In this document: one piece after another, positions 21,544-29,819 of the stretch
How positions within the stretch are numbered: the stretch's first letter is position 1
Layout of the letters: each line of letters begins with the position of its first letter
Origin: a virus
IMG/VR virus record: IMGVR_UViG_3300021090_000723
Coordinates: 1 to 64,000 of that record
Length of the DNA: 64,000 bases
Direction: 5' to 3' (one strand)
Translations under genes and position numbers: made by a program
The notes under the pieces: generated by a model
Databases searched by the model: none
What the model saw: only the letters and a program-made list of their open reading frames with translations
Told to the model about the DNA's origin: nothing

Positions 21544-22361
21544 AGATCGAGCAAGGGGAAGGGCTCCGGCTTCTGCCCTTGGTTCTGCCAGCGCAGGGCC
21601 CCGGTTGTTTTGCCGGCGGCGGCTAGGTTCGCGGCCTTGATGGTCAGGGCGATCACTACGAGCGGATCTCTATCGGCCCTGTCGACCTTTGCCCGCAACA
21701 GCCACTCCCGTAGCTTGAAGAACGGGTCAGTCATGCCGATGCCGGAGGGATTGGACATGGTGCTGACCATACGCGCCGCAATCTCGGGGCTCCTGGTGGT
21801 GATGACGTAGTGCAGGAAGGCGAACAGCGACGGCGTCACCACGCCCTTCAGCGTCATCGCGATCTCGACCGACCGGATCAGAGCGCTGTTCTCGATATAG
21901 GCGTCCTGAACGTCGGCGTTCTCTACCCGGTTGCTCGGCTCGCGATAATTTTCGATCACCTTGCGCTGATATCGGATCAGCCAGACCAGCGCAGCCGCGG
22001 CGACGTTGCGATAGCGCTGGCACCCGGCAAGCGCGATCACGTCGCCGGCGGAGCGTGGGGCCCTCAACGTGTCGATCGTCGAGAAGGCTTCGCGATCGAT
22101 CCCCGTCACCACATAGCTCTCGACGGCCGTGTTGGCCTCAATGATAGCCCAGAGCCGGTGCTGGCCGTCCAGGACGTCATTGGAGGTCGCGAATTTGATG
22201 GTGTCGCCGTTAAGATGCCACCGGCCGCGTTTGATTTCGTCCGCGATCCGATTCACATGGCCCTGCCTCAGAGGGCGGTTGAGCTTGTTGGCTTCCAGCA
22301 TCTTGGCCGCCATTTGCGGCGTGATGAGAATCTTCGTCATGTTTTTTGGCACTGACAACAT
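21540..22361 (-). CDS. ParB-N/DndB-like domain protein
   Basis: ITPQMAAKMLEAN..NRPL...GRWHLNGDTIKF...LDGQHRLWAII. Confidence 0.75.
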   Translation of the reverse strand: MLSVPKNMTKILITPQMAAKMLEANKLNRPLRQGHVNRIADEIKRGRWHLNGDTIKFATSNDVLDGQHRLWAIIEANTAVESYVVTGIDREAFSTIDTLRAPRSAGDVIALAGCQRYRNVAAAALVWLIRYQRKVIENYREPSNRVENADVQDAYIENSALIRSVEIAMTLKGVVTPSLFAFLHYVITTRSPEIAARMVSTMSNPSGIGMTDPFFKLREWLLRAKVDRADRDPLVVIALTIKAANLAAAGKTTGALRWQNQGQKPEPFPLLDL

Positions 22362-22938
22362 TGTTGAAATCCTCCAGCCATTGGGTTGCGATTGCGAGCT
22401 TGGACGCTAAGAACTTGAACCTCGGCTCGTACTTGGCCGCGATCAACATCATGTCCGCGGCGGACGGCAGTGTGGCGATGGCTTCGATGCCGACGCGCAG
22501 CTTGCCCCAGAGCGCGGCCTCGTCCCGTTGGCGGTCATACTTGCCCGGGTCGTAGCGCTTGCTCTTCGGGAGCTTCCAGCGCTCGATGCGCTGGGCTTCG
22601 GTCAATCCCTTGCGCATCACCTTCCGAAAGGTGCTGGGCGCGAGGCGTCCGGCCATCATTTCCGCGATCTCGAAAGGAGCGGCGATTTCAAGCGCCCGCT
22701 TCGCGTCGCTCACAGCGGTTACCCCAACGCCGAACATTTCCGCCATCCCGTAGCCGCTACGCCAATCGCCGCCGCCATAGCGCGGCCCCTTAGCCACGCC
22801 ACTGATCGTGTTGACGAGACTGCCGGCGATAAGCTCCAGCTGGATGCGGTTGAATTGCTTCTTCAACTCGGCCACGTGCGCTGCCTTGTCAGACGCGGCC
22901 AGGTACGCCGCCGTCTCTAGTTTCAGGTTCATGCTCAT
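22210..22938 (-). CDS. HTH-containing protein resembling the ParB DNA-binding region
   Basis: MAEMFGVGVTAVSDAKRA HTH-like segment; atypical codon use shared with the downstream ParB-N gene. Confidence 0.55.
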   Translation of the reverse strand: MSMNLKLETAAYLAASDKAAHVAELKKQFNRIQLELIAGSLVNTISGVAKGPRYGGGDWRSGYGMAEMFGVGVTAVSDAKRALEIAAPFEIAEMMAGRLAPSTFRKVMRKGLTEAQRIERWKLPKSKRYDPGKYDRQRDEAALWGKLRVGIEAIATLPSAADMMLIAAKYEPRFKFLASKLAIATQWLEDFNNVVSAKKHDEDSHHAANGGQDAGSQQAQPPSEAGPCESDRGRNQTRPVAS

Positions 22939-23408
22939 GCTGCCTCCTTCATCGGCCAGTTCCAAAAGCCTTGCAGGCCCCGGCACGGGATCGGATGCGC
23001 GAACGGCTCGATGTCCGTCAGCGGCCACGCGAACATACGATGGTTCAGCCGGTTGCTGTCGTAGCCCTTGCCCTTGAACAGGTCCGTGACCTTGATGGGC
23101 TTGCCGATGATGCAGGTCCCGAGCCCGGCCGATAGCTCGAGTATCCCCCGCGCCTTGTAGGCTTGGCTCAGCCGGTTGAGCAGCGGCCACGCGATCTCGG
23201 TCACCAGGGTGGATTCCTTCTCGCGCACCCGCTCCATCAGGTCGGCGATCTCCGCCGGCTTGATCGGCCGCGCGCTCGCGTGGTTCACGATCCGCTGTCC
23301 GACCAGGTCCGGGTAGCGCTCCGAATAGTCCCACTCCCGGAATTCGTAGGGCTTAGCCTTCAGGTTCACGAGCGAGGCCCACGGTTGGTAGATCGTCAGC
23401 GCCTTCAT
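22935..23408 (-). CDS. ASCH domain protein
   Basis: MKALTIYQPWASLV...K.YEFR.W...NHAS...PIPCRGLQGFWNW. Confidence 0.85.
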   Translation of the reverse strand: MKALTIYQPWASLVNLKAKPYEFREWDYSERYPDLVGQRIVNHASARPIKPAEIADLMERVREKESTLVTEIAWPLLNRLSQAYKARGILELSAGLGTCIIGKPIKVTDLFKGKGYDSNRLNHRMFAWPLTDIEPFAHPIPCRGLQGFWNWPMKEAA

Positions 23409-23670
23409 CCGAGCATCCTCAGCGATTTCCTCAGCGCCAGGCGCACCTGGACTTCGGCCGCGAGCATCGCTGCCTTCGCCGTCCGGAAGCGGCCGCGGTA
23501 TTTCTCCTCGTACCCCCCGATTCTGTACATCCAGGGCATGCCAGGCTCTTTCCGCGCCACGCGGGCCTCGGGCTCGATCGGCAGCATGAGGTCGTACTGG
23601 ATCGGGCCGGTGCGCCCCACGATTCGCCACCCCGTCGCGTGCCAATGCTCGCGGATCTTGCGGCTTGCCA

Positions 23671-24573
23671 TCACGCCACCTTCGGTTTGATCTTGGCGTG
23701 CGCTTCGGGCGGCACGCGGCATCCCTTCTCGTGCGGAGCGGGCCCCCACTTTTTTTGCCAGGTGCCCTTCGGCAGCGGGTATTCTTTGTCCTCGCTGACG
23801 TAGCCGTAGTAGATCCGCAAGCGCTCGATCCAGTCGTTCACGCTCGCTGCGCGGTCTTCCATCTGGATGACGGTCGCGCCGCCGGCGCCTGGCCCGCCAC
23901 CGAACGGCGCGCGGTTCATCTGGAGGGCGTTGCAGTACCAGGTCTGGAAGGCGGCCTCCCAGTCCACCATCCGCGAGCCCTTGCCGGTGTGGAAGCCCGT
24001 GAATTTGAAGACCTCGTCCTCGATGTTCAGGTCTGGCCGCTTGTGCCTCGCCCAATAGGCCACCGCCTTCGCCTTCGCAGACTCGGAAGGAGTGTAGTCC
24101 CCTATCAAGACCTTGGGTCTCGAAACCAGTCGCTTGGCCGCGGCTTCTGCCGCGGTGGCTTCAGTGAGGGTTCTTTGACGGTTCATACTAGAAGGTTCTG
24201 CCTGCACCGTGCGCCCCACCCCGCCTGCACCACGTTCCGGTTTTTTGGCGCCAGCTGCCCCAGGGGGTGCAGGATTCGTATCTGTCGGCGCCACCTGCCC
24301 CCTCCCCCCCATACACAACTGGTAGACGTTCGATCGATTCGACCCGTCATCGTTTTTGCGAGGGATGATCCTTATGAGCCCGGCGTCCTCCAGCTTCCGC
24401 AAATGCTCCCGGATGGCCCGCTCGGACAGTTCGGTGTGGCGCACCATGTAGCCGACCGATGGCCACGACACCCCGTCATCGTTCGAATTGTCGGCGAGCT
24501 TCACGAGGACGAGCTTGCTGGCGTAAGCCCCCGTCTGTTGCTCAAACGCCCACGTCACGCACCTACCGCTCAT
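23671..24573 (-). CDS. Phage replication initiator (N-terminal winged HTH)
   Basis: WAF...KLVLVKLAD..NDDGVSWPS..MVRHTELSERAIREHLRKLEDAGLI, SNVYQL, DWEAAFQTW; adjacent to DnaB. Confidence 0.85.
   Translation of the reverse strand: MSGRCVTWAFEQQTGAYASKLVLVKLADNSNDDGVSWPSVGYMVRHTELSERAIREHLRKLEDAGLIRIIPRKNDDGSNRSNVYQLCMGGRGQVAPTDTNPAPPGAAGAKKPERGAGGVGRTVQAEPSSMNRQRTLTEATAAEAAAKRLVSRPKVLIGDYTPSESAKAKAVAYWARHKRPDLNIEDEVFKFTGFHTGKGSRMVDWEAAFQTWYCNALQMNRAPFGGGPGAGGATVIQMEDRAASVNDWIERLRIYYGYVSEDKEYPLPKGTWQKKWGPAPHEKGCRVPPEAHAKIKPKVA
24200..24310. repeat. Candidate iteron/origin repeats inside the initiator gene
   Basis: CCTGCACC twice plus an inverted copy; GGCGCCA(G/C)CTGCCCC twice; T and C homopolymer runs. 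Confidence 0.5.
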
Positions 24574-26072
24574 GTGAATAGCCCTCTCGCTTCCTCTTCG
24601 GTGATGACCTTGCCGATGGGCCGCTGATCGCGGACGGCGGATGCGGTCATGTCGCACCACAGTTCGAAGTCCACGCGGCGGCCGCCGCGGTTCTTGAAGC
24701 ACAGCATTTCGAACTTGTGCTTGGCGTTCTGGTAGTCGGCCTGCCAGGCATCAAACTCAGCTTGGCTCGCGGCCTTGGCCTCGGCGCGGCGCTGCTCGAG
24801 ATACCAACCTGGGCGATAGGTGGCGAAGAGCACGTCGCACTCGTTCTCGATGCCACCCGATTCCCGGATGTCCTGCGCGGTCGGCCGGCGCTCGGCCTCC
24901 ACGCCCTTGCCCATACCCTTGTTCAGCAACTGGATTCCGGCGACCACCACCCAGCCGAGCTTCTTGGCCAGGGACTTGAGCCCGCGGGCGATGTGGTTGA
25001 CCTCCTGCTCGCGTGATCGATCGCGGCCCATGTCGGACGGGGCCACGATCTGCGTGTAGTCGACCACGACCATGCCGAGGGGCCCGCGCCCGATCGCCCA
25101 CGTCCTGGCGCGCGCGGCCACATCTTCGATGGTCAGCTGGTCGTCATCGATGATGAAGAGCGGCAGGTTGTTCAGGCGGAGGCGCGCGCGGGCGGCGCGG
25201 TCGAACTCTTCCTCGGTCAGCGTGCCGTTCCGGAACTTGCGATATTCGAGCGCGCTCTTGCCGCCGTTCTCGAAGTAGTCGATGTCGCACAGCGTGCGCT
25301 CAGCCCATTGCCCGTTCGCCATTTCGATGGAGAAGACGATCACCGGTGTCCCCCGGAGCGCGGCGCCGAGCGCGATCCCACCCATCAGGGCGGACTTGCC
25401 CATGCCGGACCGCCCGGCGATTCCCACCAGGTCGCTGCCCCTGAAACCGCCGATCTCGGAGTCCACCGTGTGCAGGCCGATCTTGACCGTCGGGAACTTC
25501 TCGCCTTGAAAGCGGCGTTCGTGCATGTCGAGTACCTCCCCAGCAACCTTGTCGAGTGAGAGCGCTGGCTTCCCCTGTCCCTGGCTCGCGGCCTGGAAGA
25601 GTGCTTCCGAGGCGCGCCCGGCGACCTCGGTAGCCGCCACGCCATAGGGTGCGGCGTATGCCTGGTTGACAACGTCCTCGCCGATGCGGATCAGATGCCG
25701 CCGCAGTTCGAGATCCTTGAGGATGGCGATGTAGTCGGGGACGTTCGGCAGCGCTGGCGCGGAGCGCGCGAGGCTCAGCAGGTACTGGATGCCGCCGACC
25801 TCGGCCATGCCGGCGTCGTTCTCCAGCATCGCCTTCAACGTCAGCGGCGTGACGTACATCCCCTTGGCGAAGAGCCCCACCATTTCGGCATACATCCGCT
25901 GGTGGAACGGGTCGTAGAACTCCTCGGGCCTGAGCGTGAGGGCTGCACGCTCGAACCAATGGTTGTCGACCATGAGGGCGCCGAGCAGCGCCTGCTCGAT
26001 CTCGACGTCATAGGGGATTTTCCGCTCCGGCGTCTCCGAATCCAAAGCATAATGCGGCTTAGACGACGCCAT
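24570..26072 (-). CDS. dnaB: Replicative DnaB-like helicase
   Basis: PYDVEIEQALLGALM N-domain; Walker A AGRSGMGKS; FSIEM; VVDYTQ; IRESGGIE..CD; KNRGG. Confidence 0.95.
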   Translation of the reverse strand: MASSKPHYALDSETPERKIPYDVEIEQALLGALMVDNHWFERAALTLRPEEFYDPFHQRMYAEMVGLFAKGMYVTPLTLKAMLENDAGMAEVGGIQYLLSLARSAPALPNVPDYIAILKDLELRRHLIRIGEDVVNQAYAAPYGVAATEVAGRASEALFQAASQGQGKPALSLDKVAGEVLDMHERRFQGEKFPTVKIGLHTVDSEIGGFRGSDLVGIAGRSGMGKSALMGGIALGAALRGTPVIVFSIEMANGQWAERTLCDIDYFENGGKSALEYRKFRNGTLTEEEFDRAARARLRLNNLPLFIIDDDQLTIEDVAARARTWAIGRGPLGMVVVDYTQIVAPSDMGRDRSREQEVNHIARGLKSLAKKLGWVVVAGIQLLNKGMGKGVEAERRPTAQDIRESGGIENECDVLFATYRPGWYLEQRRAEAKAASQAEFDAWQADYQNAKHKFEMLCFKNRGGRRVDFELWCDMTASAVRDQRPIGKVITEEEARGLFT

Positions 26073-26084
26073 GAACGCAACGCC

Positions 26085-26249
26085 TCAACCTACTGAGTTT
26101 GTGGGGAAAGTGTCTCGCGCGATGTCGACCGCCACGCGCAATGGGCTGGTCTCACGGCACTCGCCGTCGCCCGGCTTCAGATGGTCGAGCCGGAACAGCA
26201 GGGAGATCAGGTACTGGTCCTCAGCGGGCCAGTGGCTTGGAAGCTCCAT
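26085..26249 (-). CDS. Small hypothetical protein (54 aa; not in the ORF track)
   Basis: MELPSHWPAEDQYLISLLFRLDHLKP...; GAGGG RBS; fills the gap before dnaB. Confidence 0.5.
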   Translation of the reverse strand: MELPSHWPAEDQYLISLLFRLDHLKPGDGECRETSPLRVAVDIARDTFPTNSVG

Positions 26250-26457
26250 GGGCCCTCGCGAATTCGTCGCCTGCTTTTGTCGGGGTGATGATGAACAGGC
26301 GATTGCGGCCCTTGATTCCGATCTTCTTGATCTTGACCGCTATCAGCTTGTTCCGTCGGAGGGTTTCGACCGGACCGGCGCGCTTGCCGTCAACGGCCAA
26401 CGTGCGTTCGAGGACGACGCGGGCAAGGAGCGTGCGCTGGCCAGGGGTCATCCTCAT
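26221..26457 (-). CDS. Small basic wHTH-like protein
   Basis: MTPGQRTLL...LRRNKLI...ITPTKAG; coupled to the ProQ gene. Confidence 0.45.
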   Translation of the reverse strand: MRMTPGQRTLLARVVLERTLAVDGKRAGPVETLRRNKLIAVKIKKIGIKGRNRLFIITPTKAGDEFARAHGASKPLAR

Positions 26458-26798
26458 GCTGCTTTTGCCCTCGGCAAGCTGGAGGCCTCGCGCTCGGCGA
26501 ACTTCTCGGCGCAGAACTTGGCCTCCGATTCGGTGACCGCCCCGTCCGCGCCTTCGAACCCGTAGCGCGTGGCGCCCTCGGTGCAGCGTTCGAGGTAGTC
26601 GCGCCGCCGGGTGAGCCAGGCGAGCAGACCCATCACCACGTGGCGCTTGATCTCCGGGAAGCGCATGCGGAGATCGAAGTTGATGCCGATCTTGAGCGGT
26701 ACGGGGTTCTCAAGACTGAACAATTCGGGATGGAGCGCCGCCAGAGCGATCCGCGCCCGGTGAATCGCGACCCAGTCAAAGTTCGGCTTCTGTTTCAT
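26454..26798 (-). CDS. ProQ/FinO-family RNA chaperone
   Basis: HPELF...PVPLKIGINFDL...DYL...GATRYGFEG..GAVT. Confidence 0.85.
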   Translation of the reverse strand: MKQKPNFDWVAIHRARIALAALHPELFSLENPVPLKIGINFDLRMRFPEIKRHVVMGLLAWLTRRRDYLERCTEGATRYGFEGADGAVTESEAKFCAEKFAEREASSLPRAKAA

Positions 26799-26809
26799 GG
26801 ATTGCCCCG

Positions 26810-26925
26810 AGCAGGCTCCGGGTCGGTCGATGCCGACTGTCGAGGGGGGCAAATGACGTAGCCTGGACCGACCGACCCTGGAACCGATACCGCACCACCT
26901 TTCGAGGGGTGATTCGGCGAGGCGG
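26810..26925. ncRNA. Candidate structured RNA or 5' leader upstream of the ProQ/FinO gene
   Basis: 10-bp perfect stem GGGTCGGTCG (26820-29)/CGACCGACCC (26869-78) plus tetraloop hairpin 26893-26911 in a ~185-bp non-coding gap. Confidence 0.4.
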
Positions 26926-26983
26926 ACTGTACACGAAGCCCGCGGTTGTTGAACGGAACTGTCGCTCGAATTCACAGAAATCG

Positions 26984-27316
26984 TCAGGTCTGTGGGTATG
27001 TGGATCGATTCTCCCGCAGGTAGCGCAGGGTCTTCTTCAGGTGGCTGCTCCAGTTGCCGTAGCACTCGGCGTTCCGCTTGAGCCGCCGGGCGGAGCGCCG
27101 CTGGATCTTCGCCGGGGCCAGCTTCCACGCCGGCATGGCGGACACCGGGACCCTGATGTGCTGGCCGGTCGCGAGCATGATGAGATTTACCCATTTCGGC
27201 CCAAAGCTGGCCGAGTAGTGGCGCCACCCGATCGGGAACGGATCGGGGAGGTTCGCCTCGATGATGTAGATTGCCCCGCGCTCGGGGATGTGCTTTACGT
27301 CGTCGCTCATTGGCAT
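26984..27316 (-). CDS. Hypothetical protein
   Basis: AGGAG RBS; first gene after a palindrome-rich intergenic region. Confidence 0.6.
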   Translation of the reverse strand: MPMSDDVKHIPERGAIYIIEANLPDPFPIGWRHYSASFGPKWVNLIMLATGQHIRVPVSAMPAWKLAPAKIQRRSARRLKRNAECYGNWSSHLKKTLRYLRENRSTYPQT

Positions 27317-27552
27317 GACTCCTATCGTGGTCTCCGTCGGGTCCTCAGAACCGGTCCGACGGAGGTCATGCTACCAAATCGAGTTGTCCGATTTTCCCGG
27401 ACAGTTGGGGTAGACCCATGAAAAAGCTTAATAATGCTCGATTAGCGCATTAAAATGCCCACCCTTGACACCGATGCCATAACGCTTCTCGCACGTGCCT
27501 GCGGCGTGTCGATGCGCGATTTGCTTGAGCTTCCTGCGGGTGAAAATATATT

Positions 27553-28389
27553 TCAGTGCTCGATGAACACGATGGGCTTGGTCGTCGCCCAGCAGAGGGA
27601 ACAGGTCCCGCAATTCTTCGTCTTCCCGGTCTCGACCGGGCACACGATCGCGCCCGATAGTTTTACCCAATCCGACACAGTTTCCTTCACCACGACCGTC
27701 CTGGGGCCGTGTGTGGCGCCCGAGGTCCGGATGGCGAAGCGGTCCCACCGCCGGTCCCGCAAGGCCGCCAGGGCGCGCCCTATGCGCGTCGTGGGTTGCC
27801 AGGCGGTGTACCCGAACACCCGCAAGGCCGGGAAGGCATCCAGGGCCTCGGCCCATAGCTCGACATAGCCGACCGACCAGAAGTCACCGAGGATGTGCAG
27901 GCGCACCACGAAGCCGCGGCGGTGCCGGCGCTGGAGCTCTATAAGCTCGCTCCAGATCTTCGCTTCCAGGTCGGGCCCATGCACCATGCGCTTCGACCAA
28001 TGCAGGTTGTTCCCGTAGCAGGCCACCCACAGCTTGCAGTCTCGTGGGCACGTGGCGCGCTCTTCGAGCGTCAGGGCATAGATCGGCATGCCCCTCCACT
28101 TGCCCTTGGTGACGCGCTTGCCGAGCTTCCTCTGGAAGGCGCCGGTCTTGAGCGCCGCGCCCTCGCTGGTGACGCTGCCCGGGAACCTGGTCCGGCCCTC
28201 GCGCACGGCGGGCGCGTCCGGATTGTGGAAGCGGGGCTCGCCCTGGGGCTGGAGGGTGTACTTGGTCGCCCGCCCGTTCAGCTGCCCACGGGTGATGCCC
28301 ATTTCCCGTATGATGACGCTGGGCTTCTGCTTGAGCACGTTCCAGCGGTGCTCGAGTTCAGACCGGCGCTCGTCCGTCCAAAAGCGCAT
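27553..28389 (-). CDS. GP88-like Fe-S protein with N-terminal GcrA-like HTH
   Basis: WTDERRSEL...MGITRGQLNGR; LTLEERATCPRDC..CYG; VRLHILGDF; GYT; CPVETGKTKNCGTCSLCW. Confidence 0.7.
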   Translation of the reverse strand: MRFWTDERRSELEHRWNVLKQKPSVIIREMGITRGQLNGRATKYTLQPQGEPRFHNPDAPAVREGRTRFPGSVTSEGAALKTGAFQRKLGKRVTKGKWRGMPIYALTLEERATCPRDCKLWVACYGNNLHWSKRMVHGPDLEAKIWSELIELQRRHRRGFVVRLHILGDFWSVGYVELWAEALDAFPALRVFGYTAWQPTTRIGRALAALRDRRWDRFAIRTSGATHGPRTVVVKETVSDWVKLSGAIVCPVETGKTKNCGTCSLCWATTKPIVFIEH

Positions 28390-29074
28390 CCTTCGCCCCG
28401 TAGACCAGGTAGTCGGTGTCGACCCGCTCCAACCTGGCGCGGCATGGCGGTATCCAATCGAAGATCGTGTCGTCCGCCCGCTTGTTCTTGTCCCAGACCA
28501 GCCAGCAATAGGCGGTCGCGGTGGTGAGCTTCTTGCCGTCGTCCTTCATCCGGATGCAGCGGCCCTTCACCAGGGGAAGGCGCTCGACGAACTGGAAGAC
28601 GAACGTCGGCCGGTCCCGCTTGTAGAGGTTGTTGTAGCGGTCGACGGTCTCAAGGAACGGCATGCGGACCAGGATCGCGCAGCCGAACTCGGCGCGATCG
28701 AGCGCGGTGAGCGCGAACTCCTCGCCCAGCCGGAACGGCGGGTTCGTGATGATCCAGTCGAAGCGCGGGTCGCCCTCGTACCGGATCAGGAAGTCCCGCT
28801 GCGCGTAGCCGGCGCCATAGTCGAAGACGTCCGAGCCGTGGACCAGGCGAAAATGCTCGGTCAGCGGCCGCGCCATGTAGCCCCGGTTGGCGGCGGGCTC
28901 CCAGCAGGCGCCATGACCAGGCTCCTGCATCACGAGCCCGCGCTTCTTCAGCATCATGATGAGGGCGCGCGTGCCCCAGGGCTGGGTCGGGAAGTCGTCG
29001 AGCACACCGTCTTCGTCGGGGTCGACCCGCTGGCTCATGTGGCTCGTGATGGTCTGGTTCCGCCTGCTCTTCAC
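28358..29074 (-). CDS. DNA amino-methyltransferase (probably N6-adenine)
   Basis: DDFPTQPW, WEPAANRGYM (motif I), IITNPPF (motif IV), YCWLVW. Confidence 0.85.
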   Translation of the reverse strand: MKSRRNQTITSHMSQRVDPDEDGVLDDFPTQPWGTRALIMMLKKRGLVMQEPGHGACWEPAANRGYMARPLTEHFRLVHGSDVFDYGAGYAQRDFLIRYEGDPRFDWIITNPPFRLGEEFALTALDRAEFGCAILVRMPFLETVDRYNNLYKRDRPTFVFQFVERLPLVKGRCIRMKDDGKKLTTATAYCWLVWDKNKRADDTIFDWIPPCRARLERVDTDYLVYGAKDALLDGRAPV

Positions 29075-29322
29075 GGGGCGGACTGTCGGTTATCATCCGT
29101 CGTTTTGTCGGTATGTAACTGACTAACCGACATGGCCATCCGGATCACCGTTGAGGCTGTGAAGAGCTTGCCGTTCACGAGGGCCATCGAGCGGCCCGCG
29201 CGGACGACTGTAAACCCGGATTTTCGGAGAAGCAGCACGGCGTCGTAGTAACGCACAGGTTCTCGACGCTTCCGGCGCGGCTGACGCGGGTCATCGAACA
29301 GCGGCGGCTGGTGCTCGCTCAT
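29071..29322 (-). CDS. Hypothetical protein
   Basis: Coupled ORF. Confidence 0.5.
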   Translation of the reverse strand: MSEHQPPLFDDPRQPRRKRREPVRYYDAVLLLRKSGFTVVRAGRSMALVNGKLFTASTVIRMAMSVSQLHTDKTTDDNRQSAP

Positions 29323-29819
29323 CCACAGGCTTTCCGGAGCGTCTTGCGCGCCCGCGCCACGCGGCTCTTCACGGTCCCGACTGCGCAGCAGACGTTGTCC
29401 GCGATCTTCTCGTAGGAGTGGCCGCGCGCGATCAGCAGCAGGCTATCGATCTGATGGAGCGGCAGTTTCGAGAACGCCTCCAAGATGTCCCGGAGGTCGG
29501 CGGCGTCCTCCTGGTTTCCAGGCACGGCCATGTCGTGGACGACGCTATCGCCCTCCTCGTTCCCGATGGTGGCCGAGATCGGGTTATGCACGCCCAGCCG
29601 GCGCATCTGCGAGAAGTGCCCGTTGCGCAGGATGGTGAAGAGCCAGGCCTTCATGTTGGAGCCGGGCCGGAACGCCGCGCGATGCTCCCAGGCCTTGAGC
29701 ATGACAAACTGCGCCAGGTCTTCGGCATCCTCACGCGAGCGGTGAAGCCTGGACCTGGCGAAGGCGAACAGGAACTTCCGGTGAGCCATGATCTCGCGTC
29801 CGAAGTCGCGGTCGCTCAA
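29319..29819 (-). CDS. ECF sigma factor, EcfG/sigmaT-like
   Basis: AEDLAQ..MLKAW...FRPGSNMKAWLFTILRN.HFSQMRR (sigma2) and GHSYEKIA...CAVGTVKSRVARAR (sigma4); TTG start assumed, overlapping the upstream stop. Confidence 0.85.
   Translation of the reverse strand: MSDRDFGREIMAHRKFLFAFARSRLHRSREDAEDLAQFVMLKAWEHRAAFRPGSNMKAWLFTILRNGHFSQMRRLGVHNPISATIGNEEGDSVVHDMAVPGNQEDAADLRDILEAFSKLPLHQIDSLLLIARGHSYEKIADNVCCAVGTVKSRVARARKTLRKACG

Noticed and set aside
22338-22350. A6C run (GCCAAAAAAC) at the overlap of the ParB-like pair as a programmed frameshift
   Set aside because: A -1 shift from the upstream frame hits TGA immediately; fusion would need a +1 shift, and the downstream gene has its own ATG
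27428-27455. Possible CtrA box
   Set aside because: The TTAA elements are not in TTAA-N7-TTAA spacing
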